Shown in pieces: positions 26,213 to 35,576 of a stretch of DNA of 64,000 bases. The position numbers and the translations under genes are program-made. The notes under the pieces were generated by a model. That model did not search any database, was not told the origin of the DNA, and saw only the letters and a list, made by a program, of their open reading frames with translations. The DNA comes from Alphaproteobacteria bacterium (GTDB lineage: Bacteria; Pseudomonadota; Alphaproteobacteria; UBA828). Position 1 is the first letter of the stretch. Every line of letters starts with the position of its first letter. The stretch lies in contig CBDCRW010000004.1 of assembly GCA_965221125.1 (NCBI GenBank), forward strand, positions 160,001-224,000, in the 5' to 3' direction.

Positions 26213-26422
26213 GTGGTCCGCCTTGTATCGGTAGTTTCCGCCCACGGTGCCGGCGACGTGTTCGTGGGCGCGATCGCAGCCCGCGTGGCCGCGTCCGCCG
26301 CGATGGAGGATGCCATCGCCACAGCCCAGGCCGCCGCCGCCCGCTTCGTGTCGACACCTCTTGAAGAGAGAGGGATTTCGGTCGCCGCCGGCAGCGGTCA
26401 GTCGCGGGCGCGCCGGATATAG
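26213..26422 (+). pseudogene. C-terminal remnant of a PfkB/ribokinase-family sugar kinase
   Basis: VVSAHGAGDVFVGAIAARV...AIATAQAAAARFVS matches the PfkB C-terminal GAGD signature; the remaining protein is missing. Confidence 0.7.
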
Positions 26423-26485
26423 ACCGCCGCGGCGAACGGTCCCCCGCCGGCCCGGGCCGGGGGATCGCCCACCATCATCGGTGGT

Positions 26486-27613
26486 CTACTTCGGATAGTC
26501 GGCCGAGAAGGTCTCCGGATCGTAGTCCGGGCCCACACCGCTCGACATGATGACCGAGCCCGGCTTGTCCATCAGGGCGTAGTCCTTGACGTAGACATCC
26601 GCCTGCACCGAGGCGGTCTCGGCGCCTTCGGAGACCACGATCTGCTGGTTCACTTCGATCCGGCGCGGAATGCCCTTGCCGGCCAGCACGTCGAACAGCA
26701 GCTCGAAGGACACGGCGCCCATGGCGGGCGGATAGTCGATGCCGACCATCGGAACCTGGTTCTGCACGCTCAGCTGGTACATCGCGTTGAAGTCCCCGCC
26801 CGTATGCGGCGGGATCGACCCGGCCTCGTAGCCGGCGGCGAGGAAGGCCTCGATCGAGCCCGAGCCCTGCAGGCCGGAATCGGCCCAGACGCCGGCGATG
26901 TCCTGGCCGTACTTCTGGATGAGCGCCGCCATGATGGTCTTGCCGTTGGCCGGCGACCAGGACGTGTACTGGACCTCCAGCACCTCGATGCCGGGGTACT
27001 GGTTGAAGACCTCGTGCGCCGCCTTGATGCGGTTCTCCGCAGGCGAGGCGCCGGCCAGCCCGCCCAGCATCACAACCTTGCCCTCGAAGTTCAGCGTCTC
27101 CGCCAGCCACTGGGCGGAGATGCGCCCCAGCGCCTGGTCGGAGGCGGTCACGAAGGTGATGTAGCTGTCCTTGGACGTGACCTCGCGGTCCACCAGCACG
27201 ATCGGCACACCGCTCTTGTTCGCCCTGCGCAGCGCGGGATCCAGCGCTTCGGCGGTCGCCGGGCTGACGAGCAGGATGTCGACTCCCTGGGCGAGCAGGT
27301 CCTGAATGTCGGCGGCCTGCTTGGACGGGTTGTCGTTGGCGTCGGTGATGATGAAGCGCTCGAGCTTGTCCTTGTTGCGCTCGGCGGCGGCTTCGATGCC
27401 GTGAAGCATGGCGACGCGCCAGGGATTGGACAGGCTCGCGTTGGAGAAGCCAATGACGTAGGGGCCGTCCTTCTTGTGCTCGGCCGCGTCGTAGATGTCG
27501 ACGCTGCCGGGGTTCCACAGGAAGGTGCGGGGCACGCCCTCGTAGTCGGCGCTCGCCGACACCGCGACGAACATCCCGGCGGCGGCCAGGGCGCATATCT
27601 TGAGCAGTCGCAT
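26486..27613 (-). CDS. Sugar-type ABC transporter substrate-binding protein (RbsB-like)
   Basis: Signal peptide, KKDGPYVIGFSNASLSNPWR, VPIVLVDR; AGGAGG RBS. Confidence 0.92.
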   Translation of the reverse strand: MRLLKICALAAAGMFVAVSASADYEGVPRTFLWNPGSVDIYDAAEHKKDGPYVIGFSNASLSNPWRVAMLHGIEAAAERNKDKLERFIITDANDNPSKQAADIQDLLAQGVDILLVSPATAEALDPALRRANKSGVPIVLVDREVTSKDSYITFVTASDQALGRISAQWLAETLNFEGKVVMLGGLAGASPAENRIKAAHEVFNQYPGIEVLEVQYTSWSPANGKTIMAALIQKYGQDIAGVWADSGLQGSGSIEAFLAAGYEAGSIPPHTGGDFNAMYQLSVQNQVPMVGIDYPPAMGAVSFELLFDVLAGKGIPRRIEVNQQIVVSEGAETASVQADVYVKDYALMDKPGSVIMSSGVGPDYDPETFSADYPK

Positions 27614-27780
27614 GGTCTCCTCCTGTTCGTAAATTGCCTGTCGACCAGGTCGAAGCGGGTGCAACCGGCCCCGCGGGACGGTCCACATCGGATGTTAGTT
27701 GAGTGCAGGCGGCGAGGCCATGCTCTGCGAGGCTGACCGGGCACCCGGATGCGTTTTGCAGTTCGATGTTTCGCCTGGGA

Positions 27781-28245
27781 CTACTTGTCGGCGAGCCAGG
27801 GGTAGCGCGCGTTATCGCCCCCGGCGTAGTCGGGGTCGAGATAGATGAAGCAGCGCTGGATCTTCCAGTCGCGGATCTCGAACACGTCGCACCAGCGCCC
27901 GGCACCGTGCTCGGGCACGCCGGCCCGCCAGGGGCCGTCGCGATGCTCGCCGTGGCTGGTGCCCTCGACCACGAGATAGTCGCTGCCGGAGAAGATGTAG
28001 TTGAAGTGCGAGTAGTGGTGCAGGATCGACTTGATGGTGCCGCCCACGTCGGTGAAGAGCTGGCCGATCTCCTCCTTGCCGGTGGCGATGCCCCATTTCG
28101 GGAAGTAGACCTGCGCGTCGTCGGCGAACAGGTCCATGATGCTTCCCCCCGTGGACGTCACGCCGCCGTTGTCGAAGGCCTTGAGATATTCGAGGGCGAC
28201 CGACTTGCGCTGCTCGTCGGTCATCGTCTGCGTGCAAAGCGCCAT
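27781..28245 (-). CDS. NTF2/SnoaL-like (ketosteroid-isomerase fold) protein
   Basis: 154 aa after an AGGAGG RBS; DLFADDA, LVVEG and RWCDVFEIRDWKI segments. Confidence 0.85.
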   Translation of the reverse strand: MALCTQTMTDEQRKSVALEYLKAFDNGGVTSTGGSIMDLFADDAQVYFPKWGIATGKEEIGQLFTDVGGTIKSILHHYSHFNYIFSGSDYLVVEGTSHGEHRDGPWRAGVPEHGAGRWCDVFEIRDWKIQRCFIYLDPDYAGGDNARYPWLADK

Positions 28246-28295
28246 GTTGTTCCTCCTTGCGCGTTCGATCTCTTGCAGATGTCCGGGCGGATGCC

Positions 28296-29969
28296 CTAGT
28301 TGGTGAGCTTCAGCGGCTCGCGGTCGGCCTCGTTCGCCGCCAGATAGGCAAAGGCCAGAATGGGACCCAGGGTAGCGCCGCCGGCCCAGTAGGCGCGGGC
28401 CGAGGCCGAGGCGACGCAGTTGCCGACGCCGTAAAGCCCCGTGATCGGCGTGTCCGTGTCGTCGAGGATATTGCCGGTGGGCGTGGCCTTGGGCCCGCCC
28501 TTGGTGTCGAGGGTTCCGCCGGAAAGCAGCGCCGCGTAGTAGGGCCCCTCGGCGCCGATCGGGTACATGGTGGCGTTGGGCGCGGACGGCTCCTCCGCCA
28601 CCGGCCCGTTGAAGAGCTGCTCCACCTGGCGCTCGCCGCGATGGAAGTCGAGATCCTTGCCGCTCTCGGCAAAGCCGTTGAAGCGCTCGATCGCCGTTGC
28701 CAGGTTGGCCTCGAAGTCCGACGAGAGCCGGACCCCGCCGGTCTCGGCCTCGTAGCGCGCGAGCCGCTCGTCGATGGCCTTGGTCAGCGCGCCCAGGGTC
28801 TCGCCCTTGATGACGTGGGCGTCGTCCACACCGGGCGGCACGATGAAGCGGCCGTATTCGTCGCTCGCACAGTGATCCTGGCTGCGCTGGTCCCATATCG
28901 CGATCAGCACCAGATTGGGATACTCGCCTGCCGTCGGGTCCCACTCGTAGAACTTTTGGGCCATCTCGTTGTAGGCGAGCTTCTCGTTGGCGACACGGTG
29001 CCCCTGCCTGCTCACGTAGATCATGGAATCGCCCGAGGGCGAGAAGGTGCCGATCAACGAAGGATCGCGGGCAATCGCCTTCTCCAGCACCACCGGGCAC
29101 ATCCAGGCGTAGTTCATGTTCCGAAGCTGCGCGCCCACGCTGCCTGCGATGGGGATGAAGTCGCCCTCGTTGGTCTTCGCGGCGCAGCCGCCGTAGATCG
29201 GCACGTTCAGGAAATTCTTGCGGATCTCGACATTGTGAGTGAAGCCGCCAGTGCAGAAGACCACGGCCTTGCGGGCGTGGAAGCGCCGCGCCGTGCCGTT
29301 GCCGGCGCTGGCCTCGACACCGACGACATCGCCCGCGAGGTTGCGGACGATGCGCTGCACCCGGTGCCCGGTGCGGATATCGACGCCGGCCTCGGCGGCC
29401 GCGCGCGACATCGATTCCACGGCCCGAAGGCCGCCGTCCGACATGGTGTCCCTGGCATCGACGGGAACCAGAACCCGGCCTGTGGGCGCCTTGTCCTCCG
29501 GCAGCTCGGCCCAGTAGTCCGGCACGAAGTCGCAATGCCGATAATCGAGCGCACCCTTCTCCTTCAACAGTTCGGTCGCGGTCGCAGCATTGTCGTAGAT
29601 CGCCTCGAACATCGCGTACTCCCACGCCGGCATGCCGAGATGCTCATCCGTGGGGTCGTAGCACTCCGGCCGCGATAGCCGCGCCATGTAGCGCAGGCAG
29701 TCTTCTCGCGGGTCCTCCATGCCCTTGTCCCGCATCGCCTGGTTGTTGGGGACCCAGTACCAGAAGGCGGCCTTGCGCGTGGTCCCGCCGATCTCCGGCG
29801 CCTTCTCCAGGATCAGCACGCTGTTGCCGAGCCAGCGAGTGAAGAGCGCGGTCGCCAGGCCGCCGGCGCCGGCGCCGACACAGACGATGTCGAAGGCGTC
29901 GTCATAAGGGCCGCGCGCGGCGGCTGGGCGGGCGGATTCGCGTTGCGGGATCGGCGAAAGCTCTGTCAT
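28296..29969 (-). CDS. FAD-dependent dehydrogenase, 3-ketosteroid delta-1-dehydrogenase-like (FAD_binding_2)
   Basis: VGAGAGG, EKAPEIGGTT, CTGGF, DTKGG, GLYGVGN, YWAGGATLG. Confidence 0.85.
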   Translation of the reverse strand: MTELSPIPQRESARPAAARGPYDDAFDIVCVGAGAGGLATALFTRWLGNSVLILEKAPEIGGTTRKAAFWYWVPNNQAMRDKGMEDPREDCLRYMARLSRPECYDPTDEHLGMPAWEYAMFEAIYDNAATATELLKEKGALDYRHCDFVPDYWAELPEDKAPTGRVLVPVDARDTMSDGGLRAVESMSRAAAEAGVDIRTGHRVQRIVRNLAGDVVGVEASAGNGTARRFHARKAVVFCTGGFTHNVEIRKNFLNVPIYGGCAAKTNEGDFIPIAGSVGAQLRNMNYAWMCPVVLEKAIARDPSLIGTFSPSGDSMIYVSRQGHRVANEKLAYNEMAQKFYEWDPTAGEYPNLVLIAIWDQRSQDHCASDEYGRFIVPPGVDDAHVIKGETLGALTKAIDERLARYEAETGGVRLSSDFEANLATAIERFNGFAESGKDLDFHRGERQVEQLFNGPVAEEPSAPNATMYPIGAEGPYYAALLSGGTLDTKGGPKATPTGNILDDTDTPITGLYGVGNCVASASARAYWAGGATLGPILAFAYLAANEADREPLKLTN

Positions 29970-29982
29970 GACCTTATACCCG

Positions 29983-32601
29983 TTATGTTGGCGTGGCGCG
30001 GCGGCTGGCTAGGATACGCAGGAGATGACCCACGCGGCCGGTCGGCAGACGCCCGGAATAGAGAAGGACGGCCAGCAGAGTCAATGCGCCGCTGACGATG
30101 ACTCCAAGCGCGGTGTTGACCGCAAGGAACGGCATGATGTTGACGATCAGCGTGAAGAAGATCGCGCCCAGCAGTGCACCGGAATAGGAGCCGCGCCCGC
30201 CGGAGAGCGCGGCCCCGCCCAGCACCGCGGCGGCGATGCTCGTGAGCGTGTAAGTGGTGCCCACCGTCGGGTGCCCGACGCCCACCTCGGTGCTGAGGAA
30301 GAGCCCGGCGAGCGCCGCGATGCCGCCCGAGATCACGTAGGCGCGGAAGTGCACGAAGCCGGTCTTGATGCCGTTGCGCCGCGCCGCTTCCTCGTGGAAG
30401 CCGACGGCCCGGAGCCGGAGCCCGCTCTTGGTGCGGTAAAGCCAGAGATCGCCGATCACGGCGAGCGCGATCAGGCCGAGGAAGGAGACCGGCAGAAAGT
30501 CGATCCGTGTGCGCAGCGCGGACATGAAGACCGGCTCCACCAGCCCCGTCGGCACCGGCCTGAAGTGGAGAGCCACGCCCTGCAGCACGCTGAGCATGGC
30601 GATGGTGGTGATGACCGGGTTGATGTGCAGCCGCCGCACCATCGTCCCGTTGATGACCCCGACCGCAAGCCCGGCACCGAGACAGGCGAGCGTGCCGCCG
30701 AACAGCACCGGGATATCCACCCCCATGCCAATCAGGAAGGAGGCGGCGACGACCGTCATGCTCATCAGCGAGCCGACCGACATGTCGAACCCGCCGACCA
30801 GCAGCGCGTTCAACTGGGCCATCGCTACGAGCGCGAGCGGCGCGGTCGCCAGCAGCAGGTGGCGCCCGTTGAGCGGGGAGAGGAAGGCGTCGGACTGGCT
30901 CGAGGCGTAGGCGCCGACCAGGACGATCAGCAGCAGGAGAAAGCCCAGAGGCGTCCACCACTGATTGCGTGCGAGCGCGAGCCGCCCGACATCCCGCGCG
31001 AGAGAGAAGCCTGCGGGCGTTGCGGACGTGCTTGGCGCGGCGGCGGTCTCCGTCGTGCGCCCCACTCGCGACGTCAGGAACGAGGAGACGATGTTCTCCT
31101 CGCTCACCTCGTCGCCCACCAGCTCCCTGATGAGGCGCCCGCGCGAGAACACCAGCACCCGGTCGCAGAGGCCGGCAAGCTCCAGCGCGTCCGACGAGTT
31201 GATGACGAAGGTGGTGCCGCTGTCGGCCTTGGCGCGCACCGCCTGATAGATGTCGAAGCGCGCGGCCGCGTCCACGCCCTGGGTGGGCTCGTCGATCAGC
31301 ACCACCTTGGCGCCGTGCAGGAAGCTCCGCGCCAGCATGCTTTTCTGCTGGTTGCCGCCGGAGAGCGAGACGATGGGCTGATCCAGCGACGCGGTGACGA
31401 TGTCGAGCTCCTCGATCATGTCGCGCGTGCGCCCGCGCTCCTTGCGGCCCGAGACCACGCTAGCGGTCGCGAAGTCCTTGAGGACCTGGATCGTGATGTT
31501 TTCGCGCACGCTCAGGGCCGGATAGATCGATTCCACGGCCCGGTCGCCGCTCAGCATCATCACGCCGGCGCCGAGCGCACGCTGCGGCGCGTCGAGCGGG
31601 AAGCGCCGTCCTTCGCAGGCGAGAGTGCCCGCCGCGTCCTCGAAGCCGCCGACGGCGCGCAGCACCTCGCGCTGCCCGTTGCCCTCGGCGCCGGCGAGGC
31701 CGAGGATCTCGCCCCGATGGACCTCGAAACTGACGTCACTGAAGGCGTTGCCGGAAAGCGCCTGCGCCGTGAGGCACACCTCGGTCGACAGGATCTCCCG
31801 CTTGGACGGAAACTCCGCCTCGATCGGCCGGCCGACCATGAGCGCGATGAGGTCGTCCTCGGAGAGCGCGTGGGTGTCGAAGGTGCCCTGCCCCTCACCG
31901 TCGCGCAGCACGGTCACGCGCTGGGCGAGGGAGAGGATTTCGGGGAGACGATGGCTGACATAGACTACCGTCGTGCCCTCGGCGACGATTCCACGGACGA
32001 TGCGGTGGAGGGTGTCCACGTCGTTGACGTCGAGCGATGCGGTCGGCTCGTCGAGCAGCAGTACCTTGGGCTTGGAGACGAGGGCCTTCACCACCTCCAG
32101 AAACTGTCGCTGGGCCGGAGAGAGAGTGGCGACGCGCGCGGAGGCACCGATCGCTAGATCGTATGGGGCGAGCTGCTCCTCGGCCCAGGTTTCCAGCCTG
32201 CGATAGGGCAGCGCTTCAGCCATCGTGCCGAGATAGAGGTTCTGGGCGACGGTGAGCTCCGCCACGAGGGAGTTGTCCTGGTAAACGGTGGCGAGCCCGA
32301 AGTGATGAGCCTGCGACGTGTCGGCCGAGGCCAGGCGATTGCCGAGGATTTCGACCGTGCCCTCGTCTGCCGCCAGCGCGCCGCTCGCGATCTTGAGCAG
32401 CGTGCTCTTGCCCGAGCCGTTCTCGCCGAGCACCGCATGGACCTCTCCGGCCACGCAGTCCAGGTTCACGTCACGCAGCGCCTGGACTCCGGGGTAGCGC
32501 TTGGAGATCCCTGACAGGTGAAGCGACGGTTCGGGCATTCTCTCGGCGGCGATCTGCGTTGGTTCTAACGAAACCGCCGGGCGGGGTGCGGCGTCTTCCA
32601 C
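29983..32601 (-). CDS. Fused sugar ABC ATPase (two NBDs, RbsA-like) plus RbsC-like permease
   Basis: GENGSGKST, LLDEPT, LSGGNQQK and DEPTQGVD, followed in the same frame by GGFDMSVG and SIAAAVLGGAALSGGRG. Confidence 0.9.
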   Translation of the reverse strand: MEDAAPRPAVSLEPTQIAAERMPEPSLHLSGISKRYPGVQALRDVNLDCVAGEVHAVLGENGSGKSTLLKIASGALAADEGTVEILGNRLASADTSQAHHFGLATVYQDNSLVAELTVAQNLYLGTMAEALPYRRLETWAEEQLAPYDLAIGASARVATLSPAQRQFLEVVKALVSKPKVLLLDEPTASLDVNDVDTLHRIVRGIVAEGTTVVYVSHRLPEILSLAQRVTVLRDGEGQGTFDTHALSEDDLIALMVGRPIEAEFPSKREILSTEVCLTAQALSGNAFSDVSFEVHRGEILGLAGAEGNGQREVLRAVGGFEDAAGTLACEGRRFPLDAPQRALGAGVMMLSGDRAVESIYPALSVRENITIQVLKDFATASVVSGRKERGRTRDMIEELDIVTASLDQPIVSLSGGNQQKSMLARSFLHGAKVVLIDEPTQGVDAAARFDIYQAVRAKADSGTTFVINSSDALELAGLCDRVLVFSRGRLIRELVGDEVSEENIVSSFLTSRVGRTTETAAAPSTSATPAGFSLARDVGRLALARNQWWTPLGFLLLLIVLVGAYASSQSDAFLSPLNGRHLLLATAPLALVAMAQLNALLVGGFDMSVGSLMSMTVVAASFLIGMGVDIPVLFGGTLACLGAGLAVGVINGTMVRRLHINPVITTIAMLSVLQGVALHFRPVPTGLVEPVFMSALRTRIDFLPVSFLGLIALAVIGDLWLYRTKSGLRLRAVGFHEEAARRNGIKTGFVHFRAYVISGGIAALAGLFLSTEVGVGHPTVGTTYTLTSIAAAVLGGAALSGGRGSYSGALLGAIFFTLIVNIMPFLAVNTALGVIVSGALTLLAVLLYSGRLPTGRVGHLLRILASRRATPT

Positions 32602-32634
32602 TCCGCCCGGCGGTCAGGCCGTTCGCTGCGGCCG

Positions 32635-33822
32635 CTACTCCTTGAACATCGCGTTCAGCATGTCGGTGTCCACCAGCGTGGAGACCGGCATCTGATCCGG
32701 CAGCGCCTTGTCGCACATGCCCTGCTGCACTTCCTTCATCTTGAAGGGCACATCGACATGGGCGCCGATCTCGGCACCGCCTCTAGCCTCCATGGCGGCG
32801 GTCAGCGCGATGCGGACCTGGAAGGTGCCGCCCGACGAGAAGAAGATGCGGAAGTTCGGATTGCCAACCTCCTCCCAATCGCAGAAGAGGCCCTGCTCGT
32901 CGGTGCGCAGCGTGACGATCACGTCCATGGCGCGATCGGCGGCGGCATAGGCGCGCACGCCGCCGCGGAAGCCGTCGGCATACTCATAGAGCACCGCGTC
33001 GATATCGGGGTTCTGAGAGAGGAAGCCCGACATCGCCTCGAAGGTGCCCTGCTGGGTCCAGTTGGTGTCGGCCTTGCCGAGCAGCGTCATGGCCGCGTTG
33101 TTCTCCATCTCGGCCTCGGAGCAGGCTTGCCAGGCGGCGCTCAGCTGATTGCCGGGCGTGCCACCGAGTTCCACGATCTCGATGCTTTCCTCGCTGTTGG
33201 CACCGGCCACGAACTGGACGAACTGGCGGCCCAGCTCGCAGAGGTCCTCCGCGACGAAGGTGAGATAGTCTTCGCCCGCGGTGCCGCCGAGACCGGCGAT
33301 GTAGGGGACCACGGTGATGCCGGACTCGGTCGCCTCCTGCGCGGTCGGCAGCAGCGCCGGCCCTGCGTCGGGGAAGGTCACGATGATGTCGACGCCCTGC
33401 GCGATCAGGCTCCGCATGTCGGAGATCGCCTTGCTGGCATCGCCCCGGGCCGAGGTGTAGATGATCTTGCTGACCTCGGGGTAGCTCAGCGCCTGCATGA
33501 CGAACTCCATGTGTGTCACGCGGCGCCAGACGTTCTCGCCGAAGCCGTCGGCGAGCGCGACGGTGAGGTCGCCGCGGCCGGTCTCGCACACCTGCTCGCT
33601 CCAGCACTTCAGCGCGAGCGCGCGGTCTTCCTCGCTGAGCGCCGCGCTGGCGCGCTCGAAGGTGGCCGTGACGATCGGGCCGATCCCCTCGGTGGTGCCG
33701 AGCGCCTTGAGCATCAGCTCGGGATTGGCTTCCGCGCGCGCGCCGCTGTGGGCGCCCAGCGCCAAGGCACCGGCGACGACCGCCGAGGCCGCCGCCTTCG
33801 TCATCCAGTGCAAATGGCTCAT
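32635..33822 (-). CDS. Sugar-type ABC transporter substrate-binding protein
   Basis: Signal peptide, ADGFGENVWR, LIAQGVDIIV, LGGTPGN; lies within an ABC operon. Confidence 0.85.
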   Translation of the reverse strand: MSHLHWMTKAAASAVVAGALALGAHSGARAEANPELMLKALGTTEGIGPIVTATFERASAALSEEDRALALKCWSEQVCETGRGDLTVALADGFGENVWRRVTHMEFVMQALSYPEVSKIIYTSARGDASKAISDMRSLIAQGVDIIVTFPDAGPALLPTAQEATESGITVVPYIAGLGGTAGEDYLTFVAEDLCELGRQFVQFVAGANSEESIEIVELGGTPGNQLSAAWQACSEAEMENNAAMTLLGKADTNWTQQGTFEAMSGFLSQNPDIDAVLYEYADGFRGGVRAYAAADRAMDVIVTLRTDEQGLFCDWEEVGNPNFRIFFSSGGTFQVRIALTAAMEARGGAEIGAHVDVPFKMKEVQQGMCDKALPDQMPVSTLVDTDMLNAMFKE

Positions 33823-33948
33823 TTCGGTGTTCTCCCTTGTGTGTGTGTGCCCCGGGGGCACAGTGTCGACCGGTCATTCCCGCGAACGGGATGCTCACGG
33901 GATGCACTCCATAGATAGCAGACCCTCCCCCCCAGAATTAAGTGCGCC

Positions 33949-34971
33949 CTAGGGCGCTTCCGCGCCCGACGCCGCCGGACGGCCGAGCCGCCGGCTCCAC
34001 GCCTCGCGCAGGTCGGAGAAGCGGACCCCGGCAAGCGCCATGCCGACGGCGATGGCGCCGCCATAGACCATGAACTGGATCGCCGTGGTCAGTCCCATCA
34101 TCTTCAGGATCTGCCCGAGATGGGTCAGGAACAGCGCAGCACCTGCCACCGCGATCATGCTGCCGACCCCGCCGGTGATCGCGGTGCCGCCGAGCACGGC
34201 GGCGGCGATGGGCGCGAGCAGATAGGCGGCGCCGACATCGAGGGTCGGGTTGCGGATGAAGGCGGCGAGCAGGATGCCCGCGATGCCGTAGAGCAACCCG
34301 GCGCAGGCGTAGGCCGCGACCCGGTAGCGGTTCACGCCGATGCCGTTGATCCAGGCGGCGACAGGGTTGGCGCCGACAGCGATGAAGCGCCGCCCGTAGA
34401 GGGTAAGACGCAGCAGGAAGGTGGAGACGAGCACGAGGGCCATCGCCACCCACACCGAGAAGTTGATCGAGAGGAAGCGGGTCTCGCCCCAGTCGGCGAG
34501 GATGGGCGGCACGCGGGCCTCCTGGGCGATGCCTTCCCGGTACCAGATCGCAGCCCCCATCATGATGGTCCCGACGGCGAGCGTCACGACCAGGGGATTC
34601 AGCCTGAAGTTGGAGACCAGAACGCCGTTGATCAGGCCGACGCCGGCCGAGACCGCGAGCGCGACGACGATCGCCTGGGCGAGCGCGGCGTCCTGGCCGC
34701 CGGAGATGCCGAGGATCAGGCTGCTGGAGAGCGTGATGACGGCCGGAATCGAGAGGTCGATGCCGCGCGCCATGAGCACCAGGGCTTCGCCCATCGACGC
34801 GATGCAGAGGAAGGCCGCAAAGGGAATGATCGCGAGGATCGAGGTGGCCATCAGGCTGCGCGGCACGAAGATCGCGCTGATCACGATGAGCACCGCCAGC
34901 GCCAGCCAGATCGCGAGAAAGCGCGGCTGCGGCTGCAGTCCTTCGATAACGCCGGGCACCGACAACTTCAT
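33949..34971 (-). CDS. Sugar ABC transporter permease (RbsC family)
   Basis: GIDLSI, AVGANPVAA, IAAAVLGGTAITGG. Confidence 0.93.
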   Translation of the reverse strand: MKLSVPGVIEGLQPQPRFLAIWLALAVLIVISAIFVPRSLMATSILAIIPFAAFLCIASMGEALVLMARGIDLSIPAVITLSSSLILGISGGQDAALAQAIVVALAVSAGVGLINGVLVSNFRLNPLVVTLAVGTIMMGAAIWYREGIAQEARVPPILADWGETRFLSINFSVWVAMALVLVSTFLLRLTLYGRRFIAVGANPVAAWINGIGVNRYRVAAYACAGLLYGIAGILLAAFIRNPTLDVGAAYLLAPIAAAVLGGTAITGGVGSMIAVAGAALFLTHLGQILKMMGLTTAIQFMVYGGAIAVGMALAGVRFSDLREAWSRRLGRPAASGAEAP

Positions 34972-35129
34972 TGCTCGTCCCGAACTCTTCTGCGCCAAGA
35001 GGAGCGAAGAACCGCATTCGACTGCGGACGCCCCAGACAGTCATGGGACAGAATACCTGAAACGCGAAAGCCGTCATCGTGGCAGACATCCAATTTGCCC
35101 CCTGTTCTGCTCCACGGGCGAGTGTTCTT

Positions 35130-35449
35130 GCAGTCCGGGACCACCGTCACTGTACGTGTCCCGCTTCGCACCCATCGAGCCTGCGCTCACCGTGCGCCAA
35201 TTCTTCGGAATCGGCATGCCGGGAGAGATCGGCGACGGTGAGCGGGCGCGTGACCGCCTGGTGTCGGAGTTCGTCGGACCCGAGGATATCCGGCCCTGCG
35301 AGGCGGTGCAGCGGGGCTTGCGACAGCGCGGCTACGGCCAGGGACGCTACGTCATCGACGACGCGCGCCACGAGTGGTCAGAGCACGCGCTGCACCACTT
35401 TCACCGGCAGTATCTTCAACACTTGGCCGCCCGATCCGACGCTCCCTGA
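35130..35449 (+). pseudogene. C-terminal remnant of a Rieske non-heme oxygenase alpha subunit (choline/carnitine monooxygenase-like)
   Basis: PEDIRPCEAVQRGL...GYGQGRY...SEHALHHFHRQY; no Rieske domain upstream. The start is approximate. Confidence 0.75.
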
Positions 35450-35576
35450 TCTCGTCAACAACGCCGCTCCCGCGTCGGAGAGGCGAACGGTCACGGTTCC
35501 TGCATGCAGGTAGCATCCGGGTTGGAGGCCCCCATGAAACCGGCGCCGATCACGCCCATGCCCAGGCGCCCGCTCG

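Noticed and set aside
27781-29625. 614-aa ORF suggesting a long N-terminal extension of the NTF2 protein
   Set aside because: The extension overlaps the flavoprotein in another frame; a strong RBS supports the start at 28245.
33838-33862. (TG)6 tract and GC hairpin upstream of an SBP as a phase-variation switch
   Set aside because: The tract is short, intergenic and part of a hairpin; an mRNA-stabilising structure is more likely.
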